NCBI GenBank assembly: GCA_016188965.1
Contig: JACPGT010000002.1
Coordinates: 84,125-148,124, forward strand
Length of the DNA: 64,000 nt
Direction of reading: 5' to 3'
Source: Candidatus Micrarchaeota archaeon
GTDB lineage: Archaea; Micrarchaeota; Micrarchaeia; Norongarragalinales; Norongarragalinaceae
Positions within the stretch are counted from its first letter, which is position 1; each line of letters opens with the position of its first letter. This document shows positions 53,194-62,000 of the stretch, piece by piece. Position numbers and translations under genes: made by a program. Under the pieces are notes generated by a model. That model was not told where the DNA came from. It worked only from the letters and a program-made list of their open reading frames with translations, and did not search any database.

Positions 53194-53789
53194 ACGATCA
53201 CGTTGATGAGGCCCAGGCCGTTGGTGGGCAACCCGTCGATGATGGCACACGGTACGGCGACGGGGTAGGTGAACGTCACGGCGTCCGCCGGCACCTTTAG
53301 GATTTCGTTCGTTCGGGGGTTGGGCACGTTGGTGCAGTACGTCCACGTGTGTCCATATACTTCGTTGGGGTCGCTTGATTCGGTCCGTGTCTTTTCCAGG
53401 TACGTCGGGCTCAAGCGGGCTTCCTGGGGCGCCGGATTCTCCCTCGGATAATAGAACCGTATCCCGTGCTGGCCTGGCGGTTCGACGCAGTATCGTTTGA
53501 TGGTCACGACGAACTGGATGTGGTTGGACAATGCGTATTTCTTGAGGTTGTTGTCACACGTCTTCTTTTCGAATTCGGTCTGGTTTTGGATGAGGCCTTT
53601 TTCCGTCACGATGTATGACAGACCCAACCCGGCTTGCCTTGTTTCCAGCGTCCGGTTCTTTCCCGTGACCAGTCCGTTGGCGTACACGAGGGTGCCGACG
53701 AACAGCAGGACGGCGGCGATGATGGGAAAGATGCTGGGCAGGTCGTCCCCCAATGGGCCTACGAATCCGCGTTTTTGTTTCATACGCAT
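53169..53789 (-). CDS. type IV pilin-like protein (class III signal peptide)
   Basis: MRMKQKRG/FVGPLGDDLPSIFPIIAAVLLFVGTLVYA. Only the last 206 codons of the 466-aa ORF are used. Confidence 0.6.
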   Translation of the reverse strand: MRMKQKRGFVGPLGDDLPSIFPIIAAVLLFVGTLVYANGLVTGKNRTLETRQAGLGLSYIVTEKGLIQNQTEFEKKTCDNNLKKYALSNHIQFVVTIKRYCVEPPGQHGIRFYYPRENPAPQEARLSPTYLEKTRTESSDPNEVYGHTWTYCTNVPNPRTNEILKVPADAVTFTYPVAVPCAIIDGLPTNGLGLINVIVWKERGKI

Positions 53790-54853
53790 TTGGGTCTGCC
53801 TCCCGTGATGGCGTTCGGCGCTCCAGTAGCCGGGTCGTTCGCCAGCGCTTCCCATCCGCAGCATTGCAGGACGGGATTCTGCAGTTTTTCGCTCAACGAC
53901 GTGACGTTGGTGTTGATGCGGGGGTCGCACGTGGCCGGGTTGAGGGCGACGCCCAGCCGCTCGCCGCAAGACCGCGCGTACAGGTAACTGACGCTGCCGC
54001 TTTTCTTGGGCCGGCACTTGGCCATGACCAGGTAGTAGTCCCGCCATTGCAGGTCCGACGGTTTGAGTACCAGGTTTGCCTCGGCTTGCCAGCGCGAGAG
54101 CATGGTGACCGGGTCGGCCAGGATGATGGATTTGTCGTACACCGCGCGTGCGTAACCTTCGCAACCCGAGCCGGACTGGACGTGGACCACCAGCGATCCG
54201 CTGCCTTGGCCGTCCGTTGCGGACGAGGGGATGTTGGTGATGTTGATGGAGTACCGTTCCAGTTGGCTCTTGCCGACGGAAAGCGATGATTCCAGCGTGT
54301 AGACCTTGCGCTCGTCCTCGACCGGCGAGTTGATGACGTTCGTCAGCGTGGCGGCGATGTTGCGGGCCATAGACTGTGCTTGCGTCCGGCAGATGGATTC
54401 CTTCTGCGCGTCGGAAAAGCTCACCATGATGGCCGCCAAGGTGATGATGAAAAAGACCATAGCGAATTTGGTGAGCATGAACAAGGCGATTTGTCCCCGT
54501 AATCCCCGGGGGGCACATGGTTCCCCCCTGGAGATTCCGCACAAGTCCGTGGGGGACTTGTGGGGCCACACAAATTCCCGTGAGGAATTTGTGCTGACTC
54601 CTCCTCGCCCCCCTCCTCGGGAAGTGGTGGAGGCCCAGGGCGGGCCAGGGAGAAACCGAAGGTGTCTCCCGGGGCGACCGCGTGATTTCGTGAGCATGAA
54701 CCAGGCGATTGGTGCCCGGGTTGTCTGGCTTTGCGGGGGTTCTCGGCGAGGGCTTCGGGCCGCGTTGGGCGTTGCCTCGTCGTCGGATGCCATGACAGCA
54801 GAAACGCAGGCCGTTGTTTTAACCGTTTGGCCTTCCACGTGGGTTTGTGGCAC
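53780..54853 (-). CDS. type IV pilin-like protein whose 5' region contains repeat X3 (start codon uncertain)
   Basis: RGQ/IALFMLTKFAMVFFIITLAAIMVSF at 54491-54499 and downstream. Upstream in frame lies the Gly/Arg/Pro-rich translation of X3 and a duplicated IAWFMLTK. Confidence 0.5.
   Translation of the reverse strand: MPQTHVEGQTVKTTACVSAVMASDDEATPNAARSPRREPPQSQTTRAPIAWFMLTKSRGRPGRHLRFLPGPPWASTTSRGGGRGGVSTNSSREFVWPHKSPTDLCGISRGEPCAPRGLRGQIALFMLTKFAMVFFIITLAAIMVSFSDAQKESICRTQAQSMARNIAATLTNVINSPVEDERKVYTLESSLSVGKSQLERYSINITNIPSSATDGQGSGSLVVHVQSGSGCEGYARAVYDKSIILADPVTMLSRWQAEANLVLKPSDLQWRDYYLVMAKCRPKKSGSVSYLYARSCGERLGVALNPATCDPRINTNVTSLSEKLQNPVLQCCGWEALANDPATGAPNAITGGRPKCV
54494..54683 (-). repeat. 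copy X3 of repeat family X, inverted relative to X2, flanked by an imperfect 29-bp direct repeat
   Basis: Collinear with X2 when read on the minus strand: GGTCGCCCCGGG.., CACAAATTCC/GGAATTTGTG, ACAAGTCC/GGACTTGT, CCAGGGGGG../CCCCCCGGGG. Direct repeats 54465-54493 and 54684-54712 match at 25/29 positions. Confidence 0.65.
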
Positions 54854-54863
54854 TCCTTCCTTT

Positions 54864-55577
54864 TCAGCGGTTGGCCGGCACGGCGCACATCTTGATCTGC
54901 GTGTGTCCCCTGAGGTCGCCTACGGAAAGTATCTTGTTGAACGTGATGAGGTATTGCCGGGTGTCCGAGCTTCCCAGCGTCACCCAATTCGAGCGGGCTG
55001 CGATGTCCGGCGAGATGCCCAAATCGGCTTCGCACGCGTGGCTGCCGTCCGAACACGGCGTGACCCGAAGCTCGGTGCAGCCCTGCTGCGTCCCTTGGTC
55101 TTCGATGCTCACCCGTTCGGCCGGCAGTTCGATGCACGTGATGGCGTCGCTGACGCGCTCGAAGCCGTCCTTGGTCTTGGCCACGGGTACGATCTGCCAA
55201 CATCCCGCGTAATGCCCCGGACAACGCTTGCACAGCTCCGGATTAGTGAATTTGACGAATTGGATGCTTTCAATCGTCTGGTCGCCGCAGCGCGGCATGG
55301 AAAACCGCACCGTCTTCTTGCTTCCGGCCGAGCCGAGGCCCACGTCCAGAATGGCTTCCTGCAGTTGCTGCGTCTGGGTCTTGAGCGTGGCCAGGCAACG
55401 GCCCGTCTCGGTCTGGCCCATGACGTAGAACGCCAGGCCCATGCTGGTCACGAGGATGATGATGGCCACGACCAATTCAATCGGGGCGTCCATTTGTCCC
55501 CGAACCGCGGGGGGGACGCTTCCCCTCCCCAGTTTGAGGTTCTTCCGGCCCCTCCCCTCATTTTTGTGCGTGAACAT
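54864..55577 (-). CDS. type IV pilin-like protein with partial repeat X4 in its pre-sequence
   Basis: MFTHKNEGRGRKNLKLGRGSVPPAVRGQ/MDAPIELVVAIIILVTSMGLAF. ATG 55577. Confidence 0.55.
   Translation of the reverse strand: MFTHKNEGRGRKNLKLGRGSVPPAVRGQMDAPIELVVAIIILVTSMGLAFYVMGQTETGRCLATLKTQTQQLQEAILDVGLGSAGSKKTVRFSMPRCGDQTIESIQFVKFTNPELCKRCPGHYAGCWQIVPVAKTKDGFERVSDAITCIELPAERVSIEDQGTQQGCTELRVTPCSDGSHACEADLGISPDIAARSNWVTLGSSDTRQYLITFNKILSVGDLRGHTQIKMCAVPANR
55497..55560 (-). repeat. truncated copy X4 of repeat family X
   Basis: Minus strand GAGGGGAGGGGCCGGAAGAAC..GGGGAAGCGTCCCCCCCGCGGTTCGGGGAC matches the purine-rich module and the 3' end of X3 and X2. Confidence 0.55.
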
Positions 55578-55625
55578 TACCTTTTGTTGACGTGTGCAGC
55601 TGGCTTGCAATTGAATGCGCATGTT

Positions 55626-55892
55626 TCAGCGCCCTCTGACTAAGATGGTTGGTATGGCCCGGATGCCTAGCATTTCAAGGACGGCCGGATTCTTTTTCTT
55701 CAACCATCCTTGGCTGGCCGGCCACAACAAAAGCGGCAGCAAGGATTTGGCGGCGTCTTTCGCGGCCTGCGCGTTGGTCTCGGCCGTCACGGCGGCTTGG
55801 CGGAACATGGGCTTGACGAACGTCACCAGCAGGATGGCGGCGATGGCCAGCACGACCAGCAAGTAAAGAGGGGCCCATTCGCTTCCGCGCAT
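55626..55892 (-). CDS. small type IV pilin-like protein (class III signal peptide)
   Basis: MRG/SEWAPLYLLVVLAIAAILLVTFV, 88 aa from ATG 55892. Confidence 0.55.
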   Translation of the reverse strand: MRGSEWAPLYLLVVLAIAAILLVTFVKPMFRQAAVTAETNAQAAKDAAKSLLPLLLWPASQGWLKKKNPAVLEMLGIRAIPTILVRGR

Positions 55893-55973
55893 ATGCTCAA
55901 GACGGAAGGGACAAAGAAAAAGGTTTCGGGCCCGAAACCGTGCCAAGCTGGCGCGTCCGGACCCGTCTGGGAC

Positions 55974-56468
55974 TTAGCGGAGGCAGGTTTCCGTACAAGT
56001 CGAGCGGGCATCGCTTCCCTGACGGCCCACGGAGATGCAGTACTTGCCTTTCGAGTCGTCGCCGCAAACCACGACATACGCCTTCGTGTTCTTGTTGACC
56101 GTGATGGAACCCGTGCCGGGCGCGTCCTCCAAGTTCAACGGGGCGTCAGAACCCGAGCACAATTCCGTGCTTTGGGAGCCGCATTTGAATTGTACTTCGC
56201 TTTCGGAGACTGCGGCGTCGCCCAGGACGCTCTTGACGTCGATGTACTCGTCCTTCTTGAATTCGACTTGCTTGGGCGAAGACGTGCCGTAACCTGAAGT
56301 GACGATGCTTTTCAGTTCGGTTTTCATGATTTCTTTGGCGCTGTTGGGGTTGAAGTTGAGGCTGTTCAGTACGTTCATCAGCACGGCGAGGATGGCCATG
56401 GCTACCAGCACCGAGATGACCAGCATCATCGTGTCGAATGCTTGCGCGCGCGTTTTTCCGAAATTCAT
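55974..56468 (-). CDS. type IV pilin-like protein (class III signal peptide)
   Basis: MNFGKTRAQ/AFDTMMLVISVLVAMAILAVLM, 164 aa. Confidence 0.6.
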   Translation of the reverse strand: MNFGKTRAQAFDTMMLVISVLVAMAILAVLMNVLNSLNFNPNSAKEIMKTELKSIVTSGYGTSSPKQVEFKKDEYIDVKSVLGDAAVSESEVQFKCGSQSTELCSGSDAPLNLEDAPGTGSITVNKNTKAYVVVCGDDSKGKYCISVGRQGSDARSTCTETCLR

Positions 56469-56623
56469 GAAAACACCCCTGACGTGATGTCGGCCGAACC
56501 GTGCAAATCTTGCCGCCGCTGCGGGCCCGACCGGGCTGGAGGCATTACGGTTGGGCGGTTTTTAAGCCTTGCATACTACGGGCGGAGCCATCCGTTCGCT
56601 CCATGGCGCAAGCGGGTTGCTTT

Positions 56624-58927
56624 TCAGCCGAAGAAGGAACTGGCCAGAAAGACCGTTACACAGTACAGGATGACGGCCAGAGGCACGTTTTTGGCAATCG
56701 ACATGTAGTTGTGCAGTTCGTTGTCCGTATCCTCGATCTGGGCGTTGAAATACGACAGGAGGATGACGACTTCCAGCACGTAGACGCCCAGGATAAGGAT
56801 GAACAATCCCGGTTCGGCCGCTTTTTCCAGGGCCGTGGGGTTGAACAGGTTGCCGAAACCGCCGCCGCCTAACCCCCCCAGGCCTCCGCTGGCTTCGGCG
56901 CCGGCCTCCACGCCCGAGCCGCCTTGTGAGGCGATGCTGGTGATGATGAGCCGCTGCATGGCTGAGACCACGCCCAGCACGATGGGCGCGATGAACGAAG
57001 CCATGGTCCCGAGCATGACCGTCACGTCTTGCAGGAGCTTGCGGAGTGATTCGTTGATTTTTTCCGAGTTGCGAAGCTGCATGGACAGCGAGATGAGCGA
57101 GCGGGCGGCCACGTCCACGCCTAAGTCTACTGAATCGACGAGGAACTGCATGCCGCTGCGGATGATCTGCGATGGCACCAAGCGCAATGCGCCGAAGGTC
57201 TTGTCGAAAATGGACGATTCCAGCGTCATGCCCAGCGTGGAAATGTTCTCGACGATGCGTCGGAAAACGTTGCGGCCGATCTGGCTTTTCGGCAGGAAGG
57301 CGACGGCGGAGCGCAACGCCTCTTCGATGGGTTTGTTCTCGCCCATGCGCGAGGCCAGTACGTACATGGCGTCCTTGAATTCCGTCTCCATGGCGCGGAC
57401 GTCGTCTTGCACCTTCTTGCGGGCGGAGTACTTGCCGGTGAGGTAATTGCTGATGGCAAGTCCGAGGCCGATGATGAAACCGAAGATGGTGAACTGGCCG
57501 ATGAAAAAACCGTTCTGGGCCGCGAGGCGGATGTGCGGAATCTTTTTGTACTCTTCGGCCAGCGCCGAGGGGTTGGCGTCCGCGGAAGACGATGCCTCCA
57601 ATACCGGCAAAGCGTCTAAAATGCGTTCCTGCCGCTCACTGGGTTGTACCAGGAACGGATCGATTCCGCCTAAGGTGCCCGTGATGCGGATGCCTTCGGC
57701 CAGGGGGCTGGACGGGTCGAAGCCGGGATTGTCCGGCTCGATTAAGTGCATCAATGGCAGGTACGCGGCGTTGTTGACTACGTCTTGCGTCACGCCGATG
57801 TCGGTGAAGTAGCCCAGCGCCAGGGCGCCGATGACCAACAACAGCGCCGTCATGCCGAACGGAGGCGTGGGGGGTAGGCCGGGAAAGTTTGCCGGAATGC
57901 GGGGAGGGCGGTTCGTCGGCGGCTTGTTGGCCAGGATGCTTTTTCCGAACATGAACACGCCGATGGGAATGACGAATACGTACAACGCGATGAGGAAGAA
58001 CGGGCTCGAAATGAGTTCGTTGTTCGCAAGGGATGCGCCGATGGGCAGCAGGATGGCCATCAGAAGCGGAAGCAGGATTCCGAAGTAATACAGATAGACC
58101 GTGGGCTGCTGTAGCTTGCGGGCGTACAAATCCATCTTTTCCTTGCTGCCTTCCAACACGTCCTGGCCGGCCTTGTCCAACAAGGCGAAGCGGCGTTCCT
58201 TGTCGCCTTCCAGGATGGATGCGCGGATCATCATCAACGCATGTTTGAAGTCGTCGTTGTACACGCCCCAGCGGTATGCCAGTTCATCGAGGCCTTCCTC
58301 TACGGACTCGTAGCGGCCGATCTGCACGTCCCAAACGATTTTCTTGAGGTCTTCGGCAATCTTGCCTTGCCCGTGGTTCGCCGCGAATTCTACGGCCCGC
58401 TCCAAATTGGGCGTCAGGCGCATGCTCATGGTGAGGTAGTTGACGATTTCCGGAACGTACGCCAGGCTCTCGATCTTCTCTTTCTCGACTTGTGAGAACG
58501 GAATCTTGCGGTACATGCGCGAGATGACGAATGGCAACGCGACGAGTACCAGGCCGATGCCGCCTTTGATGGTGATGTCGACGCTTTCGCCGGCTACGAA
58601 GAATATCGTCGCGGCCAGCACCAAGCCGATCCACATACCGGTGCCTTGGATGCCTTTGTACGCCGCGCAGAACTGCTCGGGCGTGATGTCCCAGCCCAGA
58701 AAAGCGATGGCGTCCGCTTCGTCGTCGGTGAACTTGCCGCCTTTTCCGTACGACGCGAAGGATTTGGCCAGGTTATGTGTGGTCTTGACGAACGCCGGCG
58801 TCTGCGGCGGGCCTTTGTGGGTATCCTCGAAGTCCGAGTACGCGGCGGCGCCTTGCGAGTAGAGGCCTTGCGGCTTACCTGGCTTTTCGGGCTTTACGCT
58901 TCGCGCCGGTTTGTCGGAAGGGGGCAT
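56624..58927 (-). CDS. polytopic pilus/archaellum platform protein (FlaJ/TadC/GspF-like)
   Basis: 767 aa with many TM helices and two cytoplasmic T2SS-F-like helical regions (YLTMSMRLTPNLERAVEFAANHG..; FKDAMYVLASRMGENKPIEEALRSA). Directly downstream of the ATPase. Confidence 0.65.
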   Translation of the reverse strand: MPPSDKPARSVKPEKPGKPQGLYSQGAAAYSDFEDTHKGPPQTPAFVKTTHNLAKSFASYGKGGKFTDDEADAIAFLGWDITPEQFCAAYKGIQGTGMWIGLVLAATIFFVAGESVDITIKGGIGLVLVALPFVISRMYRKIPFSQVEKEKIESLAYVPEIVNYLTMSMRLTPNLERAVEFAANHGQGKIAEDLKKIVWDVQIGRYESVEEGLDELAYRWGVYNDDFKHALMMIRASILEGDKERRFALLDKAGQDVLEGSKEKMDLYARKLQQPTVYLYYFGILLPLLMAILLPIGASLANNELISSPFFLIALYVFVIPIGVFMFGKSILANKPPTNRPPRIPANFPGLPPTPPFGMTALLLVIGALALGYFTDIGVTQDVVNNAAYLPLMHLIEPDNPGFDPSSPLAEGIRITGTLGGIDPFLVQPSERQERILDALPVLEASSSADANPSALAEEYKKIPHIRLAAQNGFFIGQFTIFGFIIGLGLAISNYLTGKYSARKKVQDDVRAMETEFKDAMYVLASRMGENKPIEEALRSAVAFLPKSQIGRNVFRRIVENISTLGMTLESSIFDKTFGALRLVPSQIIRSGMQFLVDSVDLGVDVAARSLISLSMQLRNSEKINESLRKLLQDVTVMLGTMASFIAPIVLGVVSAMQRLIITSIASQGGSGVEAGAEASGGLGGLGGGGFGNLFNPTALEKAAEPGLFILILGVYVLEVVILLSYFNAQIEDTDNELHNYMSIAKNVPLAVILYCVTVFLASSFFG

Positions 58928-59022
58928 GGATTACATTAGGCACGGAAAACGGGGTTTTAAGGGCATCGATTTTGAGGCGGCCAAAAAGCGGTGGCGTCAG
59001 GGAATGCTTTGCCGGCCCGGAT

Positions 59023-62000
59023 TTATTCGGCCGCGACGGTCGCCTGTTTCTGCCGCACCAGGTCGGCGACGAGTTCGGAGTCGACCCAGGCCTTCCAGTC
59101 GGCCATCAGCTTGGGGTAATCCAAGTTGCCGGTCTCCTCGCGCTGCTTTTCCGTCAAGATCAGGTAATGCATGTGGGCCCGCACGGCGTACTCGGCTTCC
59201 AAGAGCCGGGGGATGCCGTACTGGTTCTTCTGGTCCACCAAGTATTGTTTGGTCTGGCCGCGGGCGAGGATCTCGTTCCACACTTCGTCCGCATCCAGGC
59301 CGCGCATGCGCTGGACTTTCTTGAGCCACTCGCTTTTGCCTATGATGTCGTCCTTGAAGATCTCCAAATCATCCTTGTTGGCGTCGAACGTCATCCAGTT
59401 GACGAAACCGTGCTCTTTGCCGGGGTCGGACTCCCAGTCCTTGAGCACTTCCGTCACCTCGATGAGGCGGCGGTGGCGCTTGAGCGAGCCTTTGAACCGG
59501 ATGGGTGCGGCCACCACGCAGAAGTCCGTGGCCTTGAAACTCGTCGTCGGCACGCCCAAGTCGTTCACCACACGGTCCCAGATGGAATATGCGGATTCGC
59601 CGTGGATGGTGCCCATGACGACGTTGCCCACGGCACCGACACGCATGGCCTCGTACAATGCCTTGGCTTCACCCGAACGCACTTCGCCCACGATCAGCAC
59701 CGAGTCTCCCAGACGCAAGGCCGTACGGAGGGCGTCTTCGGCCGACACTTCCGACTCCGTGCCGCCGCCCAAAGGAGGCCGCGTCTTCATGCGCTGGATG
59801 GAGAGGCCCAATTTTTTCATCTGCGGAACGGGAAGCTCCTGCGTGTCTTCTTGCACGAGTACCCTCAAGTTTTGAGGCAGTTCCAGCATCATGGCCTGCA
59901 GAAGCGATGTGTTGTGGGCGATGATGCCGTTGGCCACGAAGGAGTGCGTCCCGTCAACAGTGAGGTCGTAGACGTATGGTCCGGATGGCGCGACTTTTTC
60001 GATTTGGACGACTCGGTCCCAGTACAGTTCGGAGTGCGCCAGGTTGTGCATCTGGCGGATTTTTTCATCATCCGGCTTTTTTTCGAGGGCATCGTGGGCG
60101 ATTTGTTGCAATTTGTTCCGGCCGATTTCGTGCTGATCAAGGCTCGTTTTTCCGAAGCCGTATTCCTTTTTCGTGTGTTCCAGCAAGGCCCACGCGTTCG
60201 GAATGACGTCGACGTTGGAGTTGAATTTCCGTCCCTTCAGCATGTCCTCTAAGCGTTTTTGCTTGTCGGGGTGGCCGAATCCGATGCGTTGGGCAAACCG
60301 CAGGCAGTTATCCCCCCGGATGAAGCCACGGTAATACTCGGTCCCGTTGACTTGTTTGGGTTTCCGGATGCTTTGGATTCCGAAGCGGAGCAGCGCGTAC
60401 TGCATTTGCTCGGCCATTTTAGGGCTTGCGGTGCAGAACTCGATTTCCGTCTTGTCTTTCCGGACGCTGGAGTCGCAATCGAAATATCCCTTGATGAATT
60501 CGGCCAAGCCGGCGTCGGATGCGGACAAGATTTCGTTCGGCATTTCTTGGAACGGCGCTTTTTTCCCACTGGGCAGGCCGAAACGGCCCCGCACCATCCG
60601 GCTGACGGCCCGCGAGGACACTTGGTACATGGGCGAGCGATTCTTGGGATGGCGGATTTTACCTTTTGCGCCGAAGACTTGTTCCGACAATTTCTGGAAG
60701 TCGGCCAGCAGTGTCGGGTGGGTGTTGGTGAACGTCAGCTCCACGTCATCGACGTGACCGTCGCCGTACAACAGCCCCAGAAGCCGGGCGTATTCCATCG
60801 TCATCCGGTCCGTCAGGATTCCTGCGTTCATCACGTGGTTCGAGTTGTTGGATTTGACGTCATTCAGTTGGCTGACGTATTGGCCAATCTCACTGCCGGT
60901 GTATTGCGCGATTTTTTCCATTTCTTCGAACGAAACAGCATTGCGGACGCCGTTCTTGAGGTTGGCCGCGGTCCTGTAATTCATCCCCATGGCGGCGGCT
61001 GCAATGTTCAGCGGCGTTTTTTGCTGTATTCGAGTCAATCTCTCCCTGGCAAGGGGTGCCAGTTCGGGGTATTTGAGTCCGAAAAGGTGAGACTGTTCCC
61101 GCATCCGGTCCAAATCAAGGCCTTTGGTTTGGCCCGAGTGCGTCGGAATCGTCCTGGGCGTGGCGACGAATCCTCCGGTCTTAAGTTCATCCGCTCGGAT
61201 TTGCGTCACGAATCCTTCTTTGACCGTGAAGAAGGGGTGTTCCGGCGTCGTGGTGATTTGCTTTCCGGAGGCCAGCATGATTTTGAACATTTCGGCGGGT
61301 GCGCTGCGACGCCAAACCTTCTCAACCGGCGCAGCTCGGACTTTCAAATCCGACGTCATGGTCAAAATATCCAATCCGTTGCATTCGGCGTAGCATCCGT
61401 CTTCGATTAACGTCGGGTTGTGGAGGTTTTCTTCCACAAGCTGTTCGATCCGTTTCAGGCTTCCGTCGGCCATCTGGATAAGCGTATCGCCTTCCAGGCA
61501 TTTTCCGGCGCCACGACTGCCCACGATGAGCATGGATGCCTGGGCGTCGACGAAGAAGGACAGCATGCCGGCGGCAAAGCTGCCGAATGCCTTGCCATCG
61601 ACGAACTGCGCCAGGGTCCACGGCGTCTGCTTGTGCAACCGTAAGGCAAACGCGATGCCGTCGAGCGCAAGGGGTTTTCCGATGACGGCGATGCGCGTCT
61701 GCAAGTCCTCCAGGTCGAAGTCCAGGATGGGGTGCGCCTCGTCAAACGGCCGGCCGGAGAGGGCGCGGAATCGTGAGACGATGCTTCTGGCTTCTTCGTT
61801 GGAAAAGATGACGTTCGTCTGGCATTGGCCGTACTTGCCGTGCACCAGGTAGATGGGTTTGTCGCCCAAGGGCGAGTCGATGTATACGTCGGTCACGCGG
61901 CGGTCGGACAGAAGCACTTCCATGATGCCGTAGCCGATAGTGTAGCGCGCCACGATGGACGCCAAGTCTTCTTTTTCTTCGACGGAGAGCTTGATGTTGT

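Noticed and set aside
53169-54569. 466-aa ORF suggesting a large protein upstream of the pilin MRMKQKRGF..
   Set aside because: The N-terminal 260 aa are Arg/Gly/Pro/His-rich and overlap the well-behaved pilin ORF 53780-54853 in another frame. Only the last 206 codons, which start with a class III signal, look genuine.
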